From assembly GCA_012295275.1 (NCBI GenBank), contig CM022671.1, positions 9,238,001-9,302,000 of the forward strand: a DNA stretch of 64,000 nt, given 5' to 3'. The translations under genes were made by a program, and so were the position numbers. This DNA is from Chrysomallon squamiferum (taxonomy: Eukaryota > Animalia > Mollusca). Under the pieces are notes generated by a model. It was not told where the DNA came from, ran no database searches, and saw nothing but the letters and a program-made list of their open reading frames with translations. This document shows, one piece after another, positions 28,979 to 39,550 of this stretch (position 1 is the first letter of the stretch; every line of letters starts with the position of its first letter).

Positions 28979-31900
28979 AAGTTTATTTATATTTAGTAAT
29001 ATTATTTTTTAAAATTTCACTGTAACCATTTTTTTAAGGTCAGAATGTTAGAACAATTGATTTTCCTCCTTCATGTTATTTAAAAAAAAAAAAGAGAAAA
29101 AAGCAACTAACCAAACAAAAAGTGTGAAATCAAATAACTGTTAAGTACTGCTGGAGATTCACTCATTTACTGTTAGTGTTTGACTCTAATCTTGCTGAGT
29201 TTGTGTCTAGATAAATATTGTTTTTCATTTTTCTAATTAACAGAAAATCGTTTATCTGTCAAATTATTATCATAAATGTATGTAGACTAAACCTCAGAAT
29301 ATATGAACTTTTCTTTAAATATTTATACAAATCCTTTAATTTGTTTTACATTTAAAATTTTTTAAATTTAATTTATAAATTGAAGTCAGCAAGTTACAAT
29401 CCGTAAAAAAAGAAAAAGAAAAAAAAAGTGTATATGTGACAGGAACCAGATAAAATTCAGATACAATGTTTTTGTTTTCTCTTCAGATAAAAGCTTTTTT
29501 CATTCATCATGTTGAAACAATTAATAAAAAGGAATTGAAAGATTTAGCTAACTCTTATTCAGCATGTCAGCATATCTAACCTAATCAAGATCTGTAGTGA
29601 CAGAGGGAGTTCCACCCTCCTGCCAATTAAATCAACAGATTTGAAATCGGATCAGATTAACTTGAATAAAAAACAAACATTTCACTGTGAGGGTCTAAAT
29701 CTGCTTGAAAGATGCCTTAGTTAATACAATCAAAAAAATAAATCTTTCATAGTGGTTCAAAGTAAATTTTCACTAAACCTTTCCTTCTTTTTAATGTAAA
29801 TTGTACAATCTTTGTAAAAGGATTTTAGGATAACAGTAATACTTGTAATGATGAAACTTGATAAATTTACAATAAGGGTCAGGTCAAGAAGTTCATATAT
29901 ATCAGAACTTGTGTAAGTGTGTACACACAGGCACACACATACACGCACACGCACACACACACACACAGACCCACACACAGACGCGAGTTCTTGACATCAA
30001 CAAGTAGAATAATCTGTATTCATCTTTTTTAAGTGAAGTGTTTTCTTTCTAAAAAAAACATTTTACAAAGATTGTAATGCTTTACTTTTTTTCTTCTTAT
30101 TTATAACATAAGAACATTCTAAGAATTAAGATTAGTAATATTTTTAACACACATATACTCTAACACACACTTGACATCTTTCCACTGAAGTATCTCAAAG
30201 AAAATTCCTCAGACTAATATATTATTTTAAGGTTAAAGTGAAATCCTCATTCCCCACACCATCCTTGTGAGTGTCTAGCCTTGGTACAAGTATTATTACA
30301 TATCTACACTTTGTACCACTGTCTTGGCACAGTTAAGTTAAACTCTTCAACAGGTTCTTAGTAAGACTGTTTAATATCCCTTTCTTAATTTAAGAGCCAC
30401 AGCTTTTAATCCTGTATTTTCTTAAGTGTGTGACATTGTTTTAAAAATTAGTTTTAATATTGTGTATGTATGCTGTTCAACTCAGGATAAAGAATGGTAA
30501 AATCTGATACTCCTTCAAAATATATATTAAATATTTTTATTTTTTCTACTTGAAATTTTCTTATGTTTAATAATAGAAGTAGAAATGCCAAAACTGTAAA
30601 AAATATATTTAAAAATCCAATGAGGATTCATATTTATTAGTATGTTTAGTGGCAGATGATAGCTATAATACATGCAAGTTGGTCCAAGATTCTATACCAG
30701 TATGATTGTATAATCCATAACTAAGATTAGGAAAACATGATTAGTAATGGAACAGTATTATGTGGTCACTCTGGGTACTAAAGAAAAAGCAGCAGAAACA
30801 ATATTTTTTCAATGTCACACGTCAATCAAAATGAAGTGAATATTTCAATTCAGAGTCAAAAACATCCATTATGTAGATCTCAATGAATTAATCAAAATGC
30901 CTGATCATGCATGCTTTTATAAGAACTTGGGTGAAATAAAATATTAACAAACACTCTGCTTTATGTGATATTTTTAATAATCTTGGAAAATTATCAAATT
31001 AGCATAGAAGTAAAAATGTCCAAATCTCTTTACATCAAAAAGCTTTTAAAGGCAAAGGTCATAATTTCTTTTTTCCCTCCGAAATAAAATCATATGTAAA
31101 TATTAGTGCATTTCAAAAATGTCTTTTCTTTTTTCATCTGTGTTTTAAAAAAGCTTGAAAGATGTTGAAATGCAGGATCACACATATATTACATTAAATG
31201 AAAATAATGCCTCCCCAAAAAATTCATATCATAATGTACTCAGTATTAGTAATTTGAAAAATTGTTTTTAAAAAGGAAAAAAAAAGAAGTAAATTGTATC
31301 TTCTTATGTTCTCATTACAGATAGCAATCATTACTCTGATAGTTTAATGATGAATACACTGAATTTATTTCATTTTAAATTTATAAATTTGTACAGAAAT
31401 TAATTATTTTTAATTATAATGATCTTCTTATTATTTTTATTTTTTTAATATTTAATGTTTTTTTCACAATTGTATATTATTCTGGTCTATGTTTTTACTA
31501 TTTACATCAATAAGTGTTTTATATTTGTGGATTAATCAAGTTCTGTCAACTGAAGGGTTGTCAAATTAAACATTATCTGTATTCTGTAGTGAAAGTTTTA
31601 AAAAATAAAATAGAATCATCTGTTGTCAGATTTACTTGCTCATGAATATTCTAACTGTCCAGATTTCTTCATCTTTACAAAAACAAATAAACTGGTTAAA
31701 TAAACTGTAATTCTATATAAAATTGTGAACACCACTGTTAGCAAAATATTTATCATTATCCAAAGAAGTAAATATGTAAAAAAAAAAAATCAACTGTTTA
31801 TGCAACCATGTTGCTTTTGTTCAAAAAGATTTTTACAGTAATTAATCAGTAATATGCACTTATTTTTCTATTTCAAAACACTACGCCATCACAAAAAGCT

Positions 31901-33272
31901 ACAACAGTATTGAAGACAACAATAACAATCACTATTTGATTACATTAGTCAGTATTCACATATATCTTCATTAAATAAAAGCATGAAAATCACAATATTT
32001 ATAGTCATGTCAAACGTGACGACAGTGGGAAACAGGCATCCATTTATCACAGCACAGACTTGAATCTTGCTTGAAATGTCTCTCATATGTTTTCATAGTG
32101 ACTGAATACAAGTCTTTATAACAACACGAAGCCAAGTTATGAAAGACCACCAGCTAAATGACATAGTTTGATCACACGATCCTAATTGATTGAGTACAGG
32201 ATCTTGTTTTGACAGACAACATGCAATATAATGGACTCATGTGCACAACAGCATGTTTGCTTGGGTGCACAGCTACAATGACTACTGCTACATCAGTGAC
32301 TGTGACTTAAATGCTGATAGCGTATGTGTGTATGTGACTAAAATGGCAGGGTGGATAAGAAAGGCAATGGTGACTGAAACAAAGGAAATAATAAAGAGAC
32401 GTGTGTGATGTATATTGCAATAACATGTTTCATTTAGACAATGTCGTCTCAAGTGGACACAGCTAATAAAGGATACAATATAAACTGAAAACAGTAAGCA
32501 TTATTAGAAATGTAGAGAAATTATTTACTTTCAATGATTTAATAATGGAAAATTTTAAAAAATAACTTAGTGTTAAAATTACTTGTTGGCTTTATGAAAA
32601 CTATAATATAAGTTATTTCATTTCTTGTTTTAGTTTGTTTTATGAATAGTAATATAAGTTGAAGTATTTGATATTTCAGTTTGTTTCTATGAGTATCACT
32701 ACGATACAAGAGATTTCACAAGAAGTGTAATATTATTTTAATGAAATTAATTCATTCAACATTTCAGTTTATTTCAATTTACATTTATGAATTAGTGTCC
32801 ACAATTTCAACTTATAAAAATGAATATATTTCAGCTGGTAATGAAATGATGAAGAATTCACTGACACATTCAAGTACCTAATATCATTTAACAACCGTAA
32901 TGCAAATTTACTATGTCACTTACTAAGTACAACTGAACTTATATAATTATGACATTAACAAAAAACTACACAAGAGGTCAAAAATTAATGGCATCAGACT
33001 TCTTGTACATTTTTTTTTTTTTTTTAAATCAATGACTGATTTAATTAAATTACAGGAAATTATCACAGATTTATCATCTCTGATTACAGGTAGGTAACCA
33101 ATGAGAATTAAGTATTTTCCAAAGTCACGGCAGAATGTAACTTAATGTGTTTCATAAATAGTTTAATGCACTTGGTTAAAACTTTGGTATTTAACAGTAT
33201 TTCTGAAATATTTCAGTAAATCACTGATTTAATACTTTTCTCATTGAAAAGGCTGTATTCTGTCAAATATTC

Positions 33273-33275
<3 letters not shown>

Positions 33276-33320
<45 letters not shown>
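33276..33320. repeat. (TG)n microsatellite
   Basis: Direct reading. Confidence 0.95.
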
Positions 33321-33321
<1 letters not shown>

Positions 33322-34289
33322 TATCATTTTGGTAAATGATTGTATGGATGGATAATAACGATTATTTTGAAACTGATTTCTATTAATGAAGTGATGTTGG
33401 TAATTTAAGAAGGAAAGAAAAAATGATTTTAGTTTCAAATGTAAAAACCATTATTAGAAAGAGCAGCATTAGAAATCTGAAGCAATATGTATGAAGTTGA
33501 TCAAATTAGAAACATATCATGCACAAATATCATTTGGAGTTTTCAAAAATACAGATCATTTTCCCCCAATACATTCTTGTCAGGATACAGTTATTAAATG
33601 GATATTAGTGGCCGTATGAACTTAATAAGGATTTTTATCAGTGCACATCCATCAACCTGACTGATGGCAATTGTTTGCGAGTGACACACTGGCATGGAGT
33701 GTGTTGACTCTTACCATCAAACTGAAACATTATTGCAAGATGTAGATTAAAAAAATAGAAAATAAATTAATTAAAAAAATATTAATTATTTTTTTTGAAG
33801 ATAATAACAAAATAAAGAGTTTCAGATGCTAATGTTTTTTAGCTTGATAAATACATACATACATACATACATATATATATATAAAACAAATTAGCTTTTA
33901 ATAACAACTGCTTTTGTTATTATTCTTTTTTTATTTAAAAATATTAAATTTTTTGTTTTGTTTGCAGAAGATACAAAATTAGTGGCTTTTCCCTGTAAAT
34001 CTCATGAAAGAAATGAAAATCATGAAGGTAATGAGATTTGAGGAATCTCAAATTAATTTGCAATGGCTTTCACAGCCTGCAAGCAATTACATATCAGTGA
34101 CCACTCCCCACTTGTAACAGGAAACTCAATAAAGCAGCAGATCAGTTGTAGTTTATGAAAAACCATTTGCGAAGCAATTCAACAGCTAAAAATCAACTGA
34201 TTGCATTTGCACAACTTCCAAATTAGCCTTGATGACTGCTGCAGTGAGTTCTTCAACAAATATGTGCAGTGATAATGATCACAGATCAA

Positions 34290-34328
<39 letters not shown>

Positions 34329-36924
34329 CTCTTCTTCTTGATTACTTCATTCATCTTGTAATCCACATCATATTTAGTTGTTGCAATGTCAAGATCTGTT
34401 TTTTTGGCTTTTCTCTCATATATGTTTTTAAAATGTACATTCTTTTATTTCATTTACTTTTTATTATTATTATTTGATTTTATCTTTACTTCAATTTCTT
34501 TATGAAAAAAGCGAAGAAATAAAAAGATAAAAACTATTCTTTATTGTTTTATATATGGATTTTTTTTTACTTTTCCCTACTTCAGTTTATGTCTCAAGGT
34601 TATCTTCTTTCTTTTTCTAGGTTCTTTTGCTTTTGTACTTTATGCACTAAACAGGAATCAAGTATTGTACGTTATTTTGGGGATATACTTAAGCTTGTGA
34701 TATACAAAACCCACAAAGGAAGTAACAAACCAAGAACCAACTCTAAACCTCTTTTTTTTTTAAAACTACTACTTTTCATTATTTTATTTCTGTTAAAAAA
34801 AGAAAAAGGTTAGAAAAAGAAGAAGAAAACATTGCTAATCACTCAAAAATGGAATCTTTTGAAGCACGGACTGGCTTTCATATTACAGCCATAATTAAAC
34901 ACTAGCAATGTGCTCTTCATTCATTTTGTCAAACTTGCATTCCATTAATGTTCTTTGAAGAAACATTTTTGAATAATCGACAGTCATTAAAGCCCACTTT
35001 TTTGAGGGAAGCTGGGACAAATAATATCTTATCTCAGCCAGTGAAGAGAATCGACCATGACAAATTTAATATTGTCAGTGTTAAGTGATTTTATCTTCAG
35101 GTGTTGGGGTTTTATTTTGTATGTATGTGTTGTTGTTTTATTATTATATTTCAAGCCTTATTTATATTAAAAATAACCTACATCAATAGTAAACATAGAT
35201 TGTATGAACCAAAAAGAGTAGCACAGAGTAATAATATATGAGAAATACATCCAAAGGAACAATGAAAATTGTTTTAAAAAAAAGAAAGGAAAAAAGAAGA
35301 AAAAACATCAATTTTCATTCAGTGTTTATATTAGCATTAGACTCGTTTTTGTAATGTTTTACTCTTACTTTCTTAATCTGAATTTTTAAAATTTTATAAT
35401 ATTTTGAACTTGGTTATATACATCTTATTCATGTAAAAAAAAAAAAAAATCATGGTAGTGTAAAGCGATATATTTAGAAAAAAGCCCCCGAAAGACAAAC
35501 TGAAAGAAAAATATATCTGCACTGATTCACAAGCATGTGCAAATCAGTACACAAACAAATATATCTGCATAAATAATTTCAATTTTCACCAGCAGATATT
35601 ATAACTTACTTTTGCCCAGAAGTAATTTCTATTTTTTATTTTATTTTTTTTTAAATCTTTGATATCATTATAATTACATTTTCAACTGATTGATATTTTG
35701 AGACACATGGGACCAGAAAAATCATTAGTGTTGCCATTTGAGAATAAGTTGAGATCATTTTACAGTGTGTTTCAGTCATCTCTGAAATATGAGAGAAAAA
35801 AACATCTAAAATGTCAGCAGAAAGTCTTAAAATTTCTAGAATTACAGGAAAAATAGCAGCTTGTAACACATAAATATATAAATTAAAACTTTAAATGTTT
35901 CATAAACAACCTAAAAACTAAAATCCATCTATATTTTCAATAAATATGATCAACACATAGAATAGCTGGTAAAACATTTTTTCTAAAATTTTCAAAAATC
36001 TTTCCCCCCACACACATGTCAAAAATATATAGAAATGCAAATTGTTAGTATTATTTTTTATTTAATTTTTTTGTTTTTTGAGGCTGTTTAAAAAACAAAA
36101 CAAAAAAAACACCCCTGAAAATAAAGCTCATAAAAGCCTGGATATCACTGGTAAACGAAGACTGCCAACAGACAACTGGAATAGATGACTGAAATTGACA
36201 GACATTAGGTTCAATTTCAACTCATCCCCAGTCACAAACGGAGAAGAATCCCAGAAGAGATGTGCACTGTAGGGTTTCTGATTTGAGCTCTAATTTTAAT
36301 GTAAAAGTTGAGACTTACTCAAGTATGGCTTGAAGACAGCTATTAAAAACCCCACATTAAATAGGATTGTGAGATGTGTTTTGGGCAAAAATGAGACATG
36401 TTTGATATCACTGTTGTCGACAATAGTTTGAAGATTTAGTGACTAGGAAAGAGTGTGAACAAAAAAATAGTATTCAAGTTTAAATCAGAGATTTGATAAT
36501 TTTCTGTTTTAAGTAGTTTTTTTGTTTTTTCAGTAATTTTTGTTGTGTACTGCTGATGTATTAATATATATATGCAAATAAATTAACACTAGTTCCTAAA
36601 AATTACATAATAATAATAATAATAATAATAACAATAATAAATTTATGAAATGAACAAAGTCAGTGTCAAAGAACAAAAACTAATAAACATATTTTTGGAC
36701 TGACACCAATAACTAGTGACATTTTTGGAAATTTAATTAAATTTTTTAATCTTAATTTTGTTTAAGCATCCCCTTAAAATAACTAAATAACTGCAAAAAT
36801 AAATGAAAAGTAAACTAACAGCAGTTATTTTTCCATGAAACAACAGCTCATGTTAACTGTATCTAATGAGTATGTATTGAACAGGCTTAGTCTGCCGATT
36901 TTGGGTTTTATTTGCAACACCAGT

Positions 36925-36950
36925 AATTTTCATCCTCTTTCAAATTTCAG
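36925..36950 (+). promoter_or_regulatory. Candidate 3' splice acceptor starting the GPCR-containing exon (or a 5'-UTR exon)
   Basis: TAATTTTCATCCTCTTTCAAATTTCAG|GAG, followed by about 190 nt of purine- and CpG-richer exon-like sequence (36951-37140), 1.29 kb upstream of the GPCR ATG. Confidence 0.5.
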
Positions 36951-38238
36951 GAGGAAGAGATGCAAGTGAACCAATGCTAATAGGAATAGAAAGTGGCAGA
37001 CTTCGTATATTTCCTATGCATGTGTAATTCATGACCAGGACTGCGGCAAGAGCCTGTAATCACCAATCAATACCAAGCAGAAAAGTCACGGGTATCCGCA
37101 GTGAGGAAACTTTTTCATCTGTGTGTGCGTAGCATGGCATAACAGTTCTTGAAAAGTTAAGTTAAAAAAAAGAAAAAAGAAAAAAAAGAATTGTTTTTGA
37201 AATGCTGATGAAACAAAATGAAGAGTAATGTTGATGGGATTATAAAAGTGCAGTGTTATTTATGAAATAAAAAAGAAACATAAAGCTGAAGGATTTTAGA
37301 AAGTAAAATATTCTTAAATGCTGGAAATACCTTAAGTTGTTAATGCTTTAATGTGTCAGTTATTCTCTGCTGTTTATTTTTAAAAAAGAAAAAAGGGAAA
37401 AAGTGAACAATATTCTCAAGTACTGTTACAATAGATATTTACTGTCACTTAGAATAGTGAAATTAACCGAGAATTACTGTCATTCCTTTTGTTCAAGGAT
37501 GAAATGGAAATTAATACAGCATAATCTTTATTTATTAAAATTCATTTTAATAAGACAGAAGGATTTAAAAAAATAAATTTAAAAAATAAGACGAAAGGAT
37601 TGTGAAAGGTAAAAAAGTGCCTCTGTTACCAAGTGGTCTTAAAGGGTTTGTCAGTCTACCTCTTGTGATGCATGAGATTAGTGCCTTAACTTGTCTTCAA
37701 AATGCTTCTGGATAGTTGAGATTACCATTCTGTTGACAGACAGTGCCTGCAATCCACCAGAGGAAAGTTATGTTGTTAACAAACTAGGCAGTGAATAACA
37801 TCAGTTTGTAGCAGAATGTGAAAGATGTGCTAATTACTTTGTGGATTACACTGTCTTATGATTTCACAAGCCAGCTGTCAAAAATAAATAAAAAAGAAAA
37901 ATATAGATTGCAAAGAAGCCCTGAGCAAAGATAATCTTTGGAAATCAGTAATTTAATAAATTGAGGGTTGTCTTCTATCAATGTTCTAAGGATACCTTAT
38001 TTGCCAAGTGTGTGTAATTAGGTTTTTAAAATCAGTTCTGAGTTTTATACTTGGATAAACAGTGAACAACACAAAGTATTTAATTTAATGGTTTGCAGAA
38101 TCCCTTAATGCATCTAGGCTTATGACTGGCTGATAACAAAAATAAAAAATTAAAAGCTCTACCCTCTACTGGAAATAATCCTGTAAAATATCATTTCTGA
38201 AATTTGAAAAAAATAACATAAATTTAGTTAAATTCAAG

Positions 38239-39417
38239 ATGTCTGAAAGCATGCTCCGCTATAATGAAGCAGCTGCTGCTATTATGGAAAACAACCATTC
38301 AACAAATTTTGTTATAGAGATGACAGCATCATATGTTCCAACCACGACAATTCCTCCAACAGGAATAGAGGAGTTTGGAATTATATATGGAAAAATTCAT
38401 GGCCACCTCAGTATTTTTGTGTGCATCTTTGGAATTATTTCAAATGTGTTAAACATTATTGTGCTGACGAGAAAACACATGCTGTCACCCACCAACTTCA
38501 TTTTGACAGCATTGGCTATAGCAGACATGCTTACCATGAGTACATATCCAATAATGGCCATTTACTTCTATATTATAACAGGACCTGACTGTAATAACAC
38601 ACATCATCCAAAAGAGTGGATGTACTTTATTCTTTTTCACAACTTGTTCATTGTGACATGTCATAACATTGCCATGTGGCTGACAGTGTCTTTAGCTGTG
38701 TTTCGTTACATCTTTGTATGCATGCCAACGAAAGCGATGACACTTTGCACTGCCAATCGTGCCAAACTCACTGTGGTCATTGTGGTGGTGGGCACCATTA
38801 TTATATGCATGCCAAACTATATAATGTACCAAGTGGTGGATTATGGTAAGATGGACAACAAGACTTCATGCTACTGGATTTTGGAAAGTAATTTTGCCAT
38901 TGATCACCCGCAGTTCACTCAGTTCACAAAATGGTTGTATGGAGTTGTCATCAAAATTCTTCCTTGTATTTTGCTGACATTTCTCAGCGCCTTGCTCATC
39001 GCTGCAATGCAGCAGGCAAGAAAAAGGCGTGTCCGCTTGCTCAGTTCCTCCAACCGTGCCTCAGGACATGACCACCAGAGTGGAGAGCACAACCGAACAA
39101 CAATGATGCTTGTGATGGTTGTCCTGTTCTTTGTGATCACTGAACTTCCTCAAGGGATTGTGGCTCTTATTGGAGGAATAAGCAAAGATTTCTGGGACAA
39201 TGTGTACATTCACCTGGGTGACTTCATGGATATACTTGTTCTTGTTAACAGTGCTGTCAATTTCATACTCTACTGTATTATGAGTCAGCAGTTTCGCAGT
39301 GCTTTTCGAAATCTCTTTGTCGGCAAGAACATGCCTTCACTTATGAAGAAAAGTAATGCAAAACAAAATGGTACTCCATCTTACAGTGTAGTTAAAACAG
39401 AAGTTACTCAGTTATAA
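38239..39417 (+). CDS. Class A (rhodopsin-like) neuropeptide GPCR, myosuppressin/DMSR-1 family (myomodulin-receptor-like in lophotrochozoans; often auto-annotated dmsr-1-like or sex peptide receptor-like); intronless CDS
   Basis: 392-aa ORF, by far the longest and visibly more GC-balanced than its flanks, with seven hydrophobic helices. Family motifs: TM1 HGHLSIFVCIFGIISNVLNIIVLTR, TM2 SPTNFILTALAIADML, TM3 HNIAMWLTVSLAVFRY, TM5 IKILPCILL, TM6 EHNRTTMMLVMVVLFFVITELPQG, TM7 LGDFMDILVLVNSAVNFILYCIMSQQFR. N-glycosylation sequons NHS, NNT and NKT lie in extracellular regions. Confidence 0.95.
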   Translation: MSESMLRYNEAAAAIMENNHSTNFVIEMTASYVPTTTIPPTGIEEFGIIYGKIHGHLSIFVCIFGIISNVLNIIVLTRKHMLSPTNFILTALAIADMLTMSTYPIMAIYFYIITGPDCNNTHHPKEWMYFILFHNLFIVTCHNIAMWLTVSLAVFRYIFVCMPTKAMTLCTANRAKLTVVIVVVGTIIICMPNYIMYQVVDYGKMDNKTSCYWILESNFAIDHPQFTQFTKWLYGVVIKILPCILLTFLSALLIAAMQQARKRRVRLLSSSNRASGHDHQSGEHNRTTMMLVMVVLFFVITELPQGIVALIGGISKDFWDNVYIHLGDFMDILVLVNSAVNFILYCIMSQQFRSAFRNLFVGKNMPSLMKKSNAKQNGTPSYSVVKTEVTQL

Positions 39418-39544
39418 ACTGAAGTGTTTTTTTCCTTGTTTTTTTTTAAAAAGTGTTATTACTATTTTCTAATTTTGTTTTTGTAAAGCTCTTTTTCAGG
39501 CCTTCAGGTTTGCCAGTTAAAATGCAAAAAACAAAGAACAATTA

Positions 39545-39550
39545 AATAAA
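39545..39550 (+). promoter_or_regulatory. Candidate proximal polyadenylation signal for the GPCR
   Basis: First AATAAA about 130 nt after the stop codon, followed by T-rich sequence. AATAAA is frequent in this AT-rich DNA, so this is weak evidence. Confidence 0.3.

Noticed and set aside
38919-39140. 73-aa antisense ORF inside the GPCR
   Set aside because: It is a shadow ORF of a coding region and has no recognisable features.
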